Below, in pieces: positions 1 to 11,631 of a stretch of DNA of 64,000 nucleotides; positions within the stretch are counted from its first letter, which is position 1, and each line of letters begins with the position of its first letter. The notes below the pieces were generated by a model that was not told the DNA's origin, searched no databases, and saw only the letters and a list, made by a program, of their open reading frames with translations. The stretch comes from Lama glama. Taxonomy: Eukaryota. The position numbers were made by a program, and so were the translations under genes. The stretch spans positions 92,630,001 through 92,694,000 of the forward strand of contig CM052816.1 of the NCBI GenBank assembly GCA_028534125.1. The letters run 5' to 3'.

Positions 1-1079
1 GAAAAGGTCTTATATTCTACCCTCCTGTTCATGAAGGAGTTTAAATTAGCTCCATCAAGGGCAGTCTGCCTGCCCAGTGAGGGGTGGCCAGGGGGCCTAG
101 GGAGCAGAAGTACCAGGTGAAGGAGGAGAGGTTGGAGGAGCAGCAAGCACAGCCCTAGCACCGCTGCCAAGTGAAAAGGAGCTGAACCAGCCGGGAGCGT
201 CCCATGCAAATCGCCAGTGTCAGCCGGGTCCCAAGCTGCTAGGGGAGTCAGCTGGGCCTCCCCGGGTACCAGCTGGCTCCTTGAGTGAAAAAGTTTAGTC
301 CAGCTGCTGCAATGGTCTTCTTAAACCAGAGAGCAGTTAAGCAATCCTGTGGTTACCAGACAGGGAGGCAGAGACCACCTCGGCTTTGCAGACTGGGCAG
401 GAGAGACATGGAAGGGAAGGAGAGCACAGACCACTGTGGGTCGGGAGGCTGTCCCACCTCCGGGCTTTAGTGATTCAGTTACATAATAATCTGCGGGGGG
501 GTGGGGGGGGAATGCAAAGTAAGATCTGGGGAAACACCAACACAAATTCTGAAAGACCGAAAACCTCTGAGACGTACAACAAACCAGAGGCATCAGGCAT
601 GTGTGGAAGAGCACTCTGGAGCCAATGACACCTGACAGACTAAGGCAAGAGCATGTTCCTGGTCTCCTTTGCCCTCGGGAGCAGGAATTACTACCGTCCT
701 CTAGACTGAACGAGTACCTGGGAAACCTGAAGAGCATGGCTCGGTCATGCCTGCAACTCGGGAGGCAGCTCACTTTACTTTAAAGAAGACAGCAGAGGTT
801 CAGAGACGTCCCAGTAGTTACATGCTGGGGCCCGGCATTCAGTGCAGCACTTCAGAACAACGCATTTAAAGAGACCTGCATTCACTCAGTCATGGGAACA
901 GAACTTTTTTCTACATAAACGGGAACATCCCCACAACCCACCAGCCCCAGACATCCAATTCTAACTGGACATGTAAGCAATGACCAATCTACAGTCTAGA
1001 CAGGAGCCTGGAGTTAACACCCAAGCAACTGATTACCACTAGGCCAAAAATGCCATGTAACCTTGATTTTTAAAAAATT

Positions 1080-1178
1080 CTTTTATTTATTTTCTTAAGT
1101 TTCTTTCTTTCTTTATTTTTAGTGGAGGTACTGGGGATTGAACCTGGGACCTTGTGCATGCTAAGCACGTGTTCCATC
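1080..1178 (-). mobile_element. tRNA-derived SINE fragment (camelid Vic-1-like)
   Basis: T-rich tail followed by ggaggtactggggattgaacctgggaccttgtgcatgctaagcac (reverse B-box). Confidence 0.75.
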
Positions 1179-1282
1179 AGCTTCCCCCATTGATTTTCCA
1201 CACTGATTTTAGTGCCTGTGTTTCTGGTTCTTAAGTGTCATTCAAGGTGTGGAGGTGATTTTATGTGACAAAGAAATTATAA

Positions 1283-3051
1283 GGTCCACACAAAAACTAC
1301 TAGAACTAATCGAAGAATCCAGCAAGGGAGCAGGTCACAAGATTAACGTTCAAAAGTCAGTGGCACTTCTTTACACTAATAGTGAATCAACAGAAAAAGA
1401 AAGTCAAGAAACAATCCCCTTTAAAATAGCACCCAAAGTAATAAAATATCTAGGGATAAATCTAACCAAGGAGGTGAAAGAATTATACACGGAAAATTAT
1501 AAACCATTGATGAAGGAAATTAAAGAAGACTTAAAAAAACGGAAAGATATCCCATGTTCCTGGATTGGAAGAATCAATATTGTTAAAATGGTCACACTGC
1601 CCAAGGCAATCTACAGATTTAATGCAATCTCTATCAAATTAACCAGGACTTATTTCACAGAACTAGAACAACTCATAATAAAATTTATATGGAACCATCA
1701 AAGACCTAGAATTGCCAAAGCATTACCGAAGAAAAAGAAAGAGGCTGGAGGAATAACTCTCCCAGACTTCAGACAATACTATAGAGCTACAGTAATCAAA
1801 ACAGCATGGTATTGNNNNNNNNNNNNNNNNNNNNNNNNNNNNNNNNNNNNNNNNNNNNNNNNNNNNNNNNNNNNNNNNNNNNNNNNNNNNNNNNNNNNNN
1901 NNNNNNNNNNNNNNCAAATGGGACCTAATGAAACTTACAAGCTTCTGCACAGCAAAGGAAACCATAAGTAAAACAAAACAACAACCTATGGATTGGGAGA
2001 AAATTTTTGCAAACGATGAAACCAACAAAGGCTTGATCTCCAGAATATATAAGCAGCTCATACGACTTAGTAAAAAAAAAAAACCCAATCCAAAAATGGG
2101 CAGAAGACCTAAACAAGCAATTCTCCAAGAAATACAAATGATCAATAGGCACATGAAAACATGCTCAATATCACTAATTATCAAAGAAATGCAAATCAAA
2201 ATTACAATGAGGTAACACCTCACACCAGCCAGAATGGCTATCATTCAAAAGTCCACAAATGACAAATGCTGGAGAGGCTGTGGAGAAAAGGGAACCCTCC
2301 TACACTGCTGGTAGGAGTGCAGTTTGGTGCAGCCACTGTGGAAAACAGTATGGAGATTCCTCAAAAGACTGAGAATAGACTTACCATATGACCCAGGAAT
2401 CCCACTCCTGGGCATATATCCAGAAGGATCCCTACTTCAGAATGACACCTGCACCCCAATGTTCATAGCAGCACTATTTACAATAGCCAAGACATGGAAA
2501 CAGTCTAAATGTCCATCAATAGATGACTGGATAAAGAAGATGTGGTATATTTATACAATGGAATTCTATTCAGCCATAAAAACCGACAACATAATGCCAT
2601 TTGCAGCAACATGGATGTTCCTGGACAATGTCATTCCAAGTGAAGTAAGCCAGAAAGGGAAAGAAAAATACCATATGAGATTGCTCATATGTGGAATTAA
2701 AAAAAAATTAAAGAACATAATACCAAACAGAAACAGAGAAACAGACTCACAGACATAGAATACAAACTTGTGGTTCCCAAGGGGGTGAAGGGTGGGAAGG
2801 GACAGACTGGGAGTTCAAAATTTGTAGATACTGACAGGCATATGTAGAATAGATAAACAAGATTATACTGTATAGTACAGGGAAATATATACAAGATCTT
2901 GTGGTAGCTCACAGTGAAAAAAAACGTGACAATGAATATATATATATGTTCATGTATAACTGAAAATTTGTGCTCTACACTGGAATTTGACACAACATTG
3001 TAAAATGACTATAACTCAATAAAAAATGTTAAAAAAAAAAAGAAAAAAAGA
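1283..3051 (+). mobile_element. Young 5'-truncated LINE-1 (ORF2 3' part, 3' UTR, poly-A), antisense to TRIO; ORF2 disrupted
   Basis: ORF2 peptides ([44 protein letters not shown]), AATAAA plus A-tail, 13-bp TSD aaagaaattataa at 1270-1282 and 3052-3064; frameshifts and stops near 2080-2220. Confidence 0.95.
1815..1914. other. Assembly gap (100 N) inside the L1
   Basis: Run of exactly 100 N. Confidence 0.99.
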
Positions 3052-3639
3052 AAAGAAATTATAATGTTCTGTTGGACCGGGGCATAGACACGGAATGTGA
3101 ACATGAGAAAAGGAGAAAGAAAACACATTGAATGAGTATTTAGCTTCTCACTGAATTCCTGAAGCTCTTCTGAGATCGCTAAATTAAAACCAGAGTTGAA
3201 GTCACTTGTCACGAAGAGGAGCAAGCAGTTTCAGGTCAGGGCTATAAGGAGTCAAAGTAACTGCGACATAAGGTCAGTGTGGTCTCTCTCTCCACATGGA
3301 GAAGACCTTTCCCCTGAGGTCTGGCCCCTTACTGCTGCACGGTGTTGTGCTGTATCATTATTGTATTGCTCTTCTAGAATCACTCATGCCACGGAAGTGG
3401 GAAGGAAAAAACATGTCTTGTCCTAATGAGGAGGGAGGTGTGATGTACAATGCTACTGAACACAAATTTTAAAGTTGCCCTCAATAATGCCTCCAGTATC
3501 TTTGGCCGATTCCATCTGCTGCCTTAAGTTTTTTCTCATGCATTCCTTTCCCAGGACAGGGCTCTGGTGCACATATGATACGAGAGCCAGGGGGATGGAA
3601 TGAACAGCGTAGTGTGCGGGGCACACAGCCAAGAGCCAG

Positions 3640-3850
3640 ACGGCCTGCTCTGTACCCTGACTCTGCTGTGAACAATTTGTGGGACTTGGAGCAAATTACA
3701 AATCCATTTTGTGCCTCAGCTTCCTCATCTGTAAAATGGGAACAATAGGAGTACCTGCCACACAGGGTCATTGTGAAGATGAAATGAAGCAACATACGGA
3801 CCGTGCTTAGAACGGTGCCCGGTCCAGTAAGTTGCATCGTTATTATTTGT
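3640..3850 (+). mobile_element. MIR SINE
   Basis: Core gtgcctcagcttcctcatctgtaaaatggg...gtgaagatgaaatga...cttagaacggtgcc. Confidence 0.85.
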
Positions 3851-3927
3851 ACATAATAGGAGACGAGAAACAGAAATCTGTACATTAGGGAAAGAAAACC
3901 CCTACCCAGGAACAGAACACATATTAC

Positions 3928-4105
3928 CGTTTAAAAAATTGCGCTGGTTTTCTAAAATTTGGTTGATTTCATGGATCCACGTTTGCCGAACACTTGGGCT
4001 GGATGAATGCAAGATGAAGGTCTCCACCACGTCACCCGCCCTCGACGTCAGAGCAAATTTACAGGGATCGTTTTCCACATTTTCCTCCAGGCAAAGGCAA
4101 CTCAC
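3928..4105 (-). CDS. TRIO: TRIO exon (~47), PH2 C-terminal half: VSCLCLEENVENDPCKF...ILENQRNFLN
   Basis: ttttttcag|GTG acceptor, AACG|gtaata donor; 178 nt, phase 0 to 1. Confidence 0.97.
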
Positions 4106-4113
4106 CTGAAAAA

Positions 4114-4588
4114 AGTGTTACTCACAACGGCTGAAAGGCAGAAGCAACCCGCGTGTCCATCAACAGATGAATGGATAATCAAAGTCTGGTCTATATATAC
4201 CATAGACTACTTTTCAGCCTTAAAAAGGAAGGACAGCCTGTCATAAGGTACAACACAGCTGAACCTGGAGGACATTATGCTACGTGAAATGAGCCAGTCA
4301 TCAAAAGATGAACACTGTTATGATTCCACTTAGGTGAGGTACCTAGAGTCATCAGATTCCCAGAGACAGTACGTGGAAGGCTGGTTGCAGGGCCAGGGGA
4401 GGTGGAATGGGGAGTTAGTGTTTAATGAGTATGGAGTTTTAGTTTTAGAAGATGAAGAGTTCTGGAGGTGGACGGTGGTGACAGCTGCACAACAATGTGA
4501 ATGTCCTTAATGCCATTGGGCTGTACACTGAACAATGGTTAAGATGGTAATTTTTATGTTATGTGTATTTTACCACCATAAAAAAATG
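4114..4588 (+). mobile_element. Ancient L1M (L1MB-like) 3' end fragment
   Basis: caacccgcgtgtccatcaacagatgaatggata, gaacctggaggacattatgctacgtgaaat, gttaagatggtaatttttatgttatgtgtattttaccac plus A-tail. Confidence 0.85.
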
Positions 4589-5339
4589 AAAGCCCATTTA
4601 TTCCCACTGGTCGAGGGCACAGTTCATCCTAGGTCAAAACTGAAACAACCACTTTTTGGCTGAGCTGCCATTTTTATTGCCTCAGGAATCATTACCTTAA
4701 AGCTTTTTAATGACTCTTCTCACTCAGGTACATGAGGATTACCAGGAGTTCAACCAGTAGCTTAAACAATTAACTAGAAATGGTAATCTGCTGGGACCTC
4801 AGGCCTCCTCTCTCTCACCCTTGGTTTGTTCCTTTTACAGGACTCAGGGTCATTTGCGATAATTTTATTGTTTATCAGACAATAAATTTTTTTCTATCAG
4901 AAAGCAAGCTACCCCAGGGCACGGACCGCCTGCCTCGTCCATCCCTCGAGCCCCAGGCTGAGCTGAGTGCAGAATAGCTCTTTGTTAAGTGGGGAAGATG
5001 ACCCTGGCTAAGCTCTCCTCTCCCAATCCAGGCCCCTGAACTTAAACAAATTTCACTTGGTCCTAGAGAAGGTGGAGCACAAAAACTAACCACGGTGAGG
5101 GCCTCTCGTGGTAAAAATGAGTGGCTGCAGCCGCACAGAAACATGTGGAAGACACTGGCCACTGAGGACACAGATGGCGGACGGATGGAGTGAATTTAAA
5201 GGTTCTGAAATGTATTAGAAAATTTTCTAAATATTTAATAAACAAGACAGCAGGACATGCCACCATTAAAAAGGAAACAGTTTATCAGCATGACGGGTGT
5301 ATGCGTTAGCACATGAGAAAACATATGCCCACAGGTTAC

Positions 5340-5531
5340 CTTGACGCTGTTCTTAAATAGGAATCCTGGCATGGAGAAGCCCTTTTTTTTATCAAGTGGC
5401 TCGCTGAAAATGACGATCTGCTCGAAGAGGAACACCCGCCTCTCTCTGCAGCGAGGCAGAAGTCCCGTGTCTTGGTCTGTGACCAAGAATGTGTCCTGTA
5501 AGAGTAGCTTGCCCTGGGCAACAATTTTACC
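5340..5531 (-). CDS. TRIO: TRIO exon (~46), PH2: GKIVAQGKLLLQDTF...GFLFKNSVK
   Basis: ttctag|GGT acceptor, AAG|gtaacc donor; 192 nt. Confidence 0.97.
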
Positions 5532-5814
5532 CTAGAACAAGGAAAAGGGGGCAAAGGAATAGGAGAAGAAAACATTGCATTCTAAGTTAAGACAGATGAA
5601 GTTCTGTTTTCTTTAGCTTTCCTCCCACAGAATAATAAAGTATCTTTCATGTATTCGTTTATAGAGTCTAAAAATGTCTTTTATTCTAATGAGTTCTGAG
5701 CCCCAAAAAGAAAAATCACCCATGTCAAATTCTTGCCGACCTTCGTGTACTGCACTGGCGTGAGTTACAATCAAAGCCTGACAGTGGGTCTCAGGATCTC
5801 GTTTGCAGTGGAAG

Positions 5815-5947
5815 AACGCTTCTCAAGTGCAGTCCCATGCCCAGCGGCACCAGCACCCCCAGTGGGACCTGGTCACATTGCTTGGGAACCTGGGTTTCCA
5901 GAAGCTCTCCAGGAGAGTCTGGGTGTACTTCTCTGAGAACCACAGCC
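5815..5947. mobile_element. MER5-like hAT-Charlie fragment
   Basis: Ends ttctcaagtgcagtcc ... tctgagaaccacag resemble MER5 termini. Confidence 0.45.
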
Positions 5948-6494
5948 CCAGCACGTTAAACCCAATCCTCTAGCAAAACAGTAGGCAAGAAAAGGAAAAA
6001 CTCCTGTCTCTTCACTCAATAATCAAATTGGGGGGGGGGGAGGATTCTGGTTCTGAATATCCTTAGAATACTCATAGGTAATGTGTAATCTGAGTAGTCT
6101 AGCAACTCATAGGGAAGTCTGCAGACTAATGATGAGCACAGTGACTCTGAGTCATGCTTCCAGGGATGACAGATGGACTGGCCACCTGCTTCCCACTCCG
6201 TGCCGGGAAAGGAAACATCGCTCTTGCAGGAGCAGAGGGCCCAAGAGACTAAGCAGAGCCCTGCCGGTTTCCGCCACGAGGCACTGGGCTTGGAGCAGAG
6301 GAAGGTCCCCAAGGAGCAAATCAAATATACCGAAAGAAGTTGAAAGAAAACATCAATCAGGTTGAAGGAGAGCGAGAGAAGACAGAAAACCAAGCAAAAA
6401 GGATCAGCTTTCTACAGGTGGAGATACAGAATCCGAGACCAAAGAAAGGGATGGCAGCCAGAGGAGCGAGTTTAAAGAAGAACAGCCGCATTAC

Positions 6495-6572
6495 GTCAAA
6501 TCCCTGCAGCCGCCCGACGTTCATCATGTCGTTGCACCGCTTGGGGACTATGCACATGACCTCCACGGCTCT
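6495..6572 (-). CDS. TRIO: TRIO exon (~45), DH2-PH2 junction: RAVEVMCIVPKRCNDMMNVGRLQGFD
   Basis: ccgcag|AGA acceptor, GAC|gtaatg donor; 78 nt. Confidence 0.97.
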
Positions 6573-6834
6573 CTGCGGGGCGGGGGAAAGCAGAGTGAGC
6601 GATCGCTTCCTCGGGGGCGAAGCAAGTGTGCTAACCGTCAAATACACCCCCACATTCAGTTCCTCTCCCTCTCCCACCTCTAGCTTGCAGGGGCACGTCC
6701 AGGATGGGGAGACCCGCCACCACCCGCAGCAACCATCCCTCCCTCCCAGGGACGAGCTACTTCAGACACATGGGGATTGAGAGACGGGCTGGGGAGCCGG
6801 GGCAGACCCTGGAGGCCCAGCGGGGTGTAAGTAC

Positions 6835-6885
6835 CTCCAGTTCTGATGTATCCAGGCTGGCTTTTTTGGAATACTTGAGGAAGTC
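6835..6885 (-). CDS. TRIO: TRIO exon (~44): DFLKYSKKASLDTSELE
   Basis: tcgcag|GAC acceptor, GAG|gtactt donor; 51 nt. Confidence 0.96.
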
Positions 6886-7622
6886 CTGCGAGGGAAATGG
6901 AGAGAAGGCCATGACGAGGGTGACGGTCACAACAGCAGTCCCCTTTCTGACCACGCATGATGTGCCAGGCCCTGGCTAAGCCCTAGAGGCCCATGTCCTC
7001 ATCTTTGCCTCCCAGTAACACAAGGGAAAGGGATTCCTATGTGGACTTCAAGCTCCAGCAGAGCAAAGCCAGACCAGATCTATCCAAGCAGGTCACGGCT
7101 GCCGCCTGACTCCAGGACAAGCTCCCATCTCTCTTTACATCCAGGTTCCAAGTTTTATACATGAAGGAATTGCAGTATATTTAAACAGTCACTTTTATCA
7201 TGGAAAATGGTGTGACTCTGCCCTCAGCTGTGCTCAAGAATCCGAATCAATCAATGGCTACTGTGGAACCGACAGAGGAACGGGCAGGGATTAAACATTT
7301 AATTTGATTGGAAGTGCCAAGAAGATGAGAAAACATGTAAGGTGGATGGAGCCAAAGAAAGCTCATTAGTATCAAAGACCCGTGGGGGAGAAACGCTCAC
7401 TTTCACTGACATTTTGGTTCAGAACCTCACGTCAATGAAAACATCGAGGAAATAGTGTAAGGTGTTTTATTCAATTAAAAAAGTTTACTCTGGAATATTT
7501 AAAATCAGGAATAACAAGACTGTCTCGTATTTTTTACAGAAATACCCCCGTCACCTGCCAAAGCCTCCCTGCCCCCCGAGTCTCGCCCTCCCGCCACCGG
7601 GCGTGACCCGGCCAGCCCTCAC

Positions 7623-7715
7623 CTTCAGCAGCAGCTGGTACTTCATGATTCTCTGCACTGGTTTGATCAGCAAATCTGTGAGCTGCAGCCTGTGGCCAAG
7701 GCGCTGCTTTAAGTC
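7623..7715 (-). CDS. TRIO: TRIO exon (~43), DH2: [31 protein letters not shown]
   Basis: ccacag|GAC acceptor, AAG|gtgagg donor; 93 nt; DH conserved region 3 motif [11 protein letters not shown]. Confidence 0.97.
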
Positions 7716-8284
7716 CTGTGGTTTCAAAGCAGAAACAAGGATCTTCAGTGCTGTCTTTTAAAAGGCAGTTGTTTTCAGTGCCTGTCATTGTCAGGAATGC
7801 TGACGACACCACGGTAGAAGTAACCAGGAAAGAGGTCACACTGCACACAGCCAACCAGTGCTGTGCGACGGCTCAGAACGTCCAAATTTGACACCTGAAC
7901 CTTTCTGAGCTGTTTCTCAAAATGGTCCGCCACACTTGCTTTAAAAGGCCTTCTTTCATTTGCTTCCTTTTATTCATATAAGGATTTTTATTTCCAGGCT
8001 AAAAGTTTAGATCATAAATTATTTTGGGTTTGTAATGAGTCTTAAGTTTGAAACTGATTTAATAAAAAACCCTTACTTTAACCAGGACACTAGTCCTCTG
8101 AATGCTAAGAGACACGATCATAGCTTGAACTCACACTCATTTCTCTGACTTCTAGGAAGGAAATAGAGGTTAAGAACTCATAACAGGCTAACTTTCTGGA
8201 TGATTGCTTAATCTCCTGGGAAACAAACGATACTTCAAATTTTGGAAATCAACTGTTAACAAAAGATTCTAACTTAGTTCTTAC

Positions 8285-8374
8285 CTCAAAAAAAGTATCA
8301 ATGTATTCTGAGACGATGTGCTCGGACTTTGGCTTATTCTGACAATAAACTATGTACATGTGCAACCTTCTCTC
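8285..8374 (-). CDS. TRIO: TRIO exon (~42), DH2: [30 protein letters not shown]
   Basis: tcccag|GAG acceptor, GAG|gtaaga donor; 90 nt. Confidence 0.97.
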
Positions 8375-8770
8375 CTGGGAATGAAAGGCAAACAGCTGGG
8401 TTAGAACAGAGGAGCACGTGCGCATGTCAGCTCATTCATAAAGGAACTGTGCTTCAAATAAAACCGCATGGTTTAGACTCTTGGGAGCGCATTCCAGATT
8501 CATGACGTGGGTGGACATTCTGCTTTCTGGCTCCAAAAACAGTCCTTCATTATCGCTCCCTCAGATACATCAAACCCTGCACTTTCCCCAGCAAACATCA
8601 GAGGCAATGAAAGGGCACAGTGCTTAATATTAAGCCAAGCATCACTCCCACCCCTTCAATCCCTGCCAATGGTCCCAGGAAGCCTGGCTCTTTTCGGTAG
8701 GTTGAAAAAAGCTCTTAATCTCAAGTCCTGAAGGCAGGGAGGAAGTAGACAGTGAGATATCCCTTAATGT

Positions 8771-9930
8771 GTGATCCTCCAAGTGTGGTGGGCACCCCCT
8801 GGGGTCCCTGAGGCTCTTCGGGGATCCATTAGGTCAAAACTATTTTCAAAATAATACTATTATTCTGTCACCTGCCCTCTCCACTGTGCTACCATTTGCA
8901 CTGATGTGCGAAACCAGCGGTGGGAGAAACTGCAGGCAGCTTAGCAAATATCCTTCACATGCCACTTTCACCTGAGAATGCCCTTAATGAAGGAATAAAA
9001 AGCCGTTTTAATAAAACTCAACCACCAAGTAGTAGACATCTTTTTAACATTTCTATGACAAGACAGAGGTCCTCGTGACACTTCTGCCGTGTATGAGAGT
9101 AGCCAAGGCCATGCACTCGTGGGACTGAGCTGTGACCTGAAACAACGGCTTGTTTCCGTGGACCACCATTTTTACTTGAAAGAATGATGGACACAAACTC
9201 TAATTATTTACACATGGGTATGGGGTAGACATTTCCCTGAACAGGAACAGAAGAGCCTGCTGTTTTAAGGCAAACAACTGGCAATGTCTGTTAGTAATGA
9301 AAATTTGAGCTTTCAAGCAAAAAATTAGAATTTTGGAAAACATGGATCTGCCACCTTGTACTTGACGATACTTAAAGACTTGTCTGGAGAGATGCGTGGT
9401 GATACGAACAAATCTGATTTTTCCATACTGTTTACTGAAATGTTTCAGCATCTGGAAGATGTGTCTAAATCAGTGAACCAATATTTTCCAACAGACCAGT
9501 GCAGGAAGCTGCAAGCTGGCGCAGGGGTGAAGGAGCCTTTACGTGAGAGACAGTCCAATGACAGTGTAACAGCAAGGGAGAGGTTCACCAGTGGGTTTTC
9601 AGGTTCCATGTTGTAACTAACCTTTAAGAAATGATCACTTGCTGAGTTTTTGTGTAGTATCTAAGAAAACTGTCTATAATTATCTGAAAAGGCTATTAAA
9701 ATACTCATCCCTTTCCAATCAAATATCTGTGTAAGGATATTTTTTCCCCAAAAATTTTAACTAAAAAACATATGACAGTAGGTTCAATACAGAAATAGAT
9801 ATAAAAACGCATCTTTCTTCTATTAAGCCACACATTAAGGAGATCTGCAAAAATACAAAAACTCTGGTCACTGTTTTTTTGAAAATATAGTAATTTTTCC
9901 TAAAAAAAAAATTTAGCCATTAACATACTT
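8771..9930 (+). mobile_element. hAT-Charlie (Charlie1-like) DNA transposon remnant
   Basis: ggtcaaaactattttcaaaataatact and gaaaatttgagctttcaagcaaaaaattagaattttggaaaac; decayed transposase-like sequence. Confidence 0.75.
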
Positions 9931-10316
9931 ATTTTAGTTACGTACACATATATTTGGCTACTGCATTAAACCCACTGCACGTCTAGGTGCATCACCATCT
10001 GCACCGGACACCTGTTTGCCCACAGACATCCCCAAATGTTCCTGCTTCTGGTCTGGCTCTGGTCTCCCTTCTGACCATCCTGTACCATTCGTGAGCTAAA
10101 CAGCCCACTGGAAGCCAGGTGACAGGGAAAGCAGACCATTTACATGTAGAAGAGCAACGGGGAATTTTAATTCCAACCAGCTGACACTGTACAGTTCTAT
10201 TTTGTTCTTAATATAAGCATTTTTGTAAACTATAAGTGCGTTCTCCTTTAATGTGGCAAACCAATGACCAAGTATGACAACAGAGAGCAGAAGATAAATC
10301 CTGCTATTGTACTTAC

Positions 10317-10386
10317 ATGTTTAACAAAAAGGGATCCCAGTTTTTCTGGATCTTCAAGGCACTTCTCCAACTCTCCTAAAAAAAAG
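10317..10386 (-). CDS. TRIO: TRIO exon (~41), DH2: (D)FFLGELEKCLEDPEKLGSLFVKH
   Basis: tttcag|C acceptor, CAT|gtaagt donor; 70 nt, phase 2 to 0. Confidence 0.97.
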
Positions 10387-11069
10387 CTGAAAGGAGAGGG
10401 GAAATATGAGACCCATTTCCAATTTGGCCTTCCAATTTTAGATTGAGGTGTACATTTTCCAAATAGCCTGTTTTGACACGAGCCATTGGGAAGTGTAAAG
10501 TATATACTTAACAAATACAATGCACACTGAAAACATTGTTAGGACAGAAAGCAAAAGGGGACAGTTTAAAAAGGCAAGGCAGAGAGAGACATCCCTTGAC
10601 TGGCAACCTTCCCTTCCTTTGCATCATCAACATTTTTGTTTCACTTTCGTTTTTTAAATGATGCAAACACTAACATCTCATTTGAATATGGGGTAAAAAA
10701 ACATAAGTGTTTCAAAGCAATCGGTCATTTTGCTTTTTAAAAACTTGGTCCTCTTACCTGTGAGTTTCGTATTCTTTCCATGGTGATTTTTAAGAGGCTC
10801 AAATTGGATAATAACAGATACAAAATACTGAATGCGACCTGTGCCAGCCTTGTAAAATTTTCTCAAATATAATCAAAATCAATTTTGAGGTCACAAACAT
10901 TAGCTCCCTTTAAGATCAAAATTAGGTATAACCACAGAAGCAAAACTGTCTTCACTTCTTCTGGGCCGTATTTGTTGGTAAGATGTATGCCTACCTGAAC
11001 TATCACTTACTGACTTGAAAAAAAAACTCTAACAGTAATTTGTATTCACCGAAGACATGGCTGCAATTC

Positions 11070-11265
11070 TACTCAGAAACACTTATTAAGGCATACTCCA
11101 CGCAGATGTGGTTCTAAGCGCCTTACATGTATTATATTAAGTCAGTCACTCTTCACAGCAATCCCGGGGGTGGGTACCACTCTGACCCAGGTTGTGGAGA
11201 TGAAGAATGGAGGCACAGACAGGGGAAGCAAAGGGCTGGGGGTCAGGACTAGGCAGTCACGCTGG
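11070..11265 (-). mobile_element. MIR SINE
   Basis: gttctaagcgccttacatgtatt...gatgaagaatggaggcacaga. Confidence 0.6.
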
Positions 11266-11527
11266 GTGCCTGGGCTTCCAGCCACCCCCAGCACGGGCCT
11301 GGGATGGACCCACAGAGGGAAGGTGAGAGGCTTCCACCTGCCACAAAATGCAACCACGAAAGTCCTCAATGCAGAAGTAGTTCCTTTACACCGACTACGT
11401 CCACAAGGCCAACAGGTCACGGCATGAAACGAATCAACAAATATCCTTCACCATGTGCCTGCCATGAGGCAGCGGAGCGAGCGAAGACGCAGCGCTCACC
11501 ACCGCACACGGCATGTGTTTTACGTAC

Positions 11528-11631
11528 TCTCTGTGCCAGTCGTAAATCTGATGGATGTTGCCAAACACAATCTTGTCTTTTCCCTTCATGTCGTCGGGAA
11601 CACCATCTTCTTTCATAAGTGCCATGTAGCC
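11528..11631 (-). CDS. TRIO: TRIO exon (~40), DH2: [34 protein letters not shown](D)
   Basis: ttttag|GGC acceptor, GA|gtacgt donor; 104 nt, phase 0 to 2. Confidence 0.97.

Noticed and set aside
1249..2758. ORFs of 240, 95 and 144 aa as a protein-coding gene
   Set aside because: They are fragments of a truncated, frameshifted L1 ORF2.
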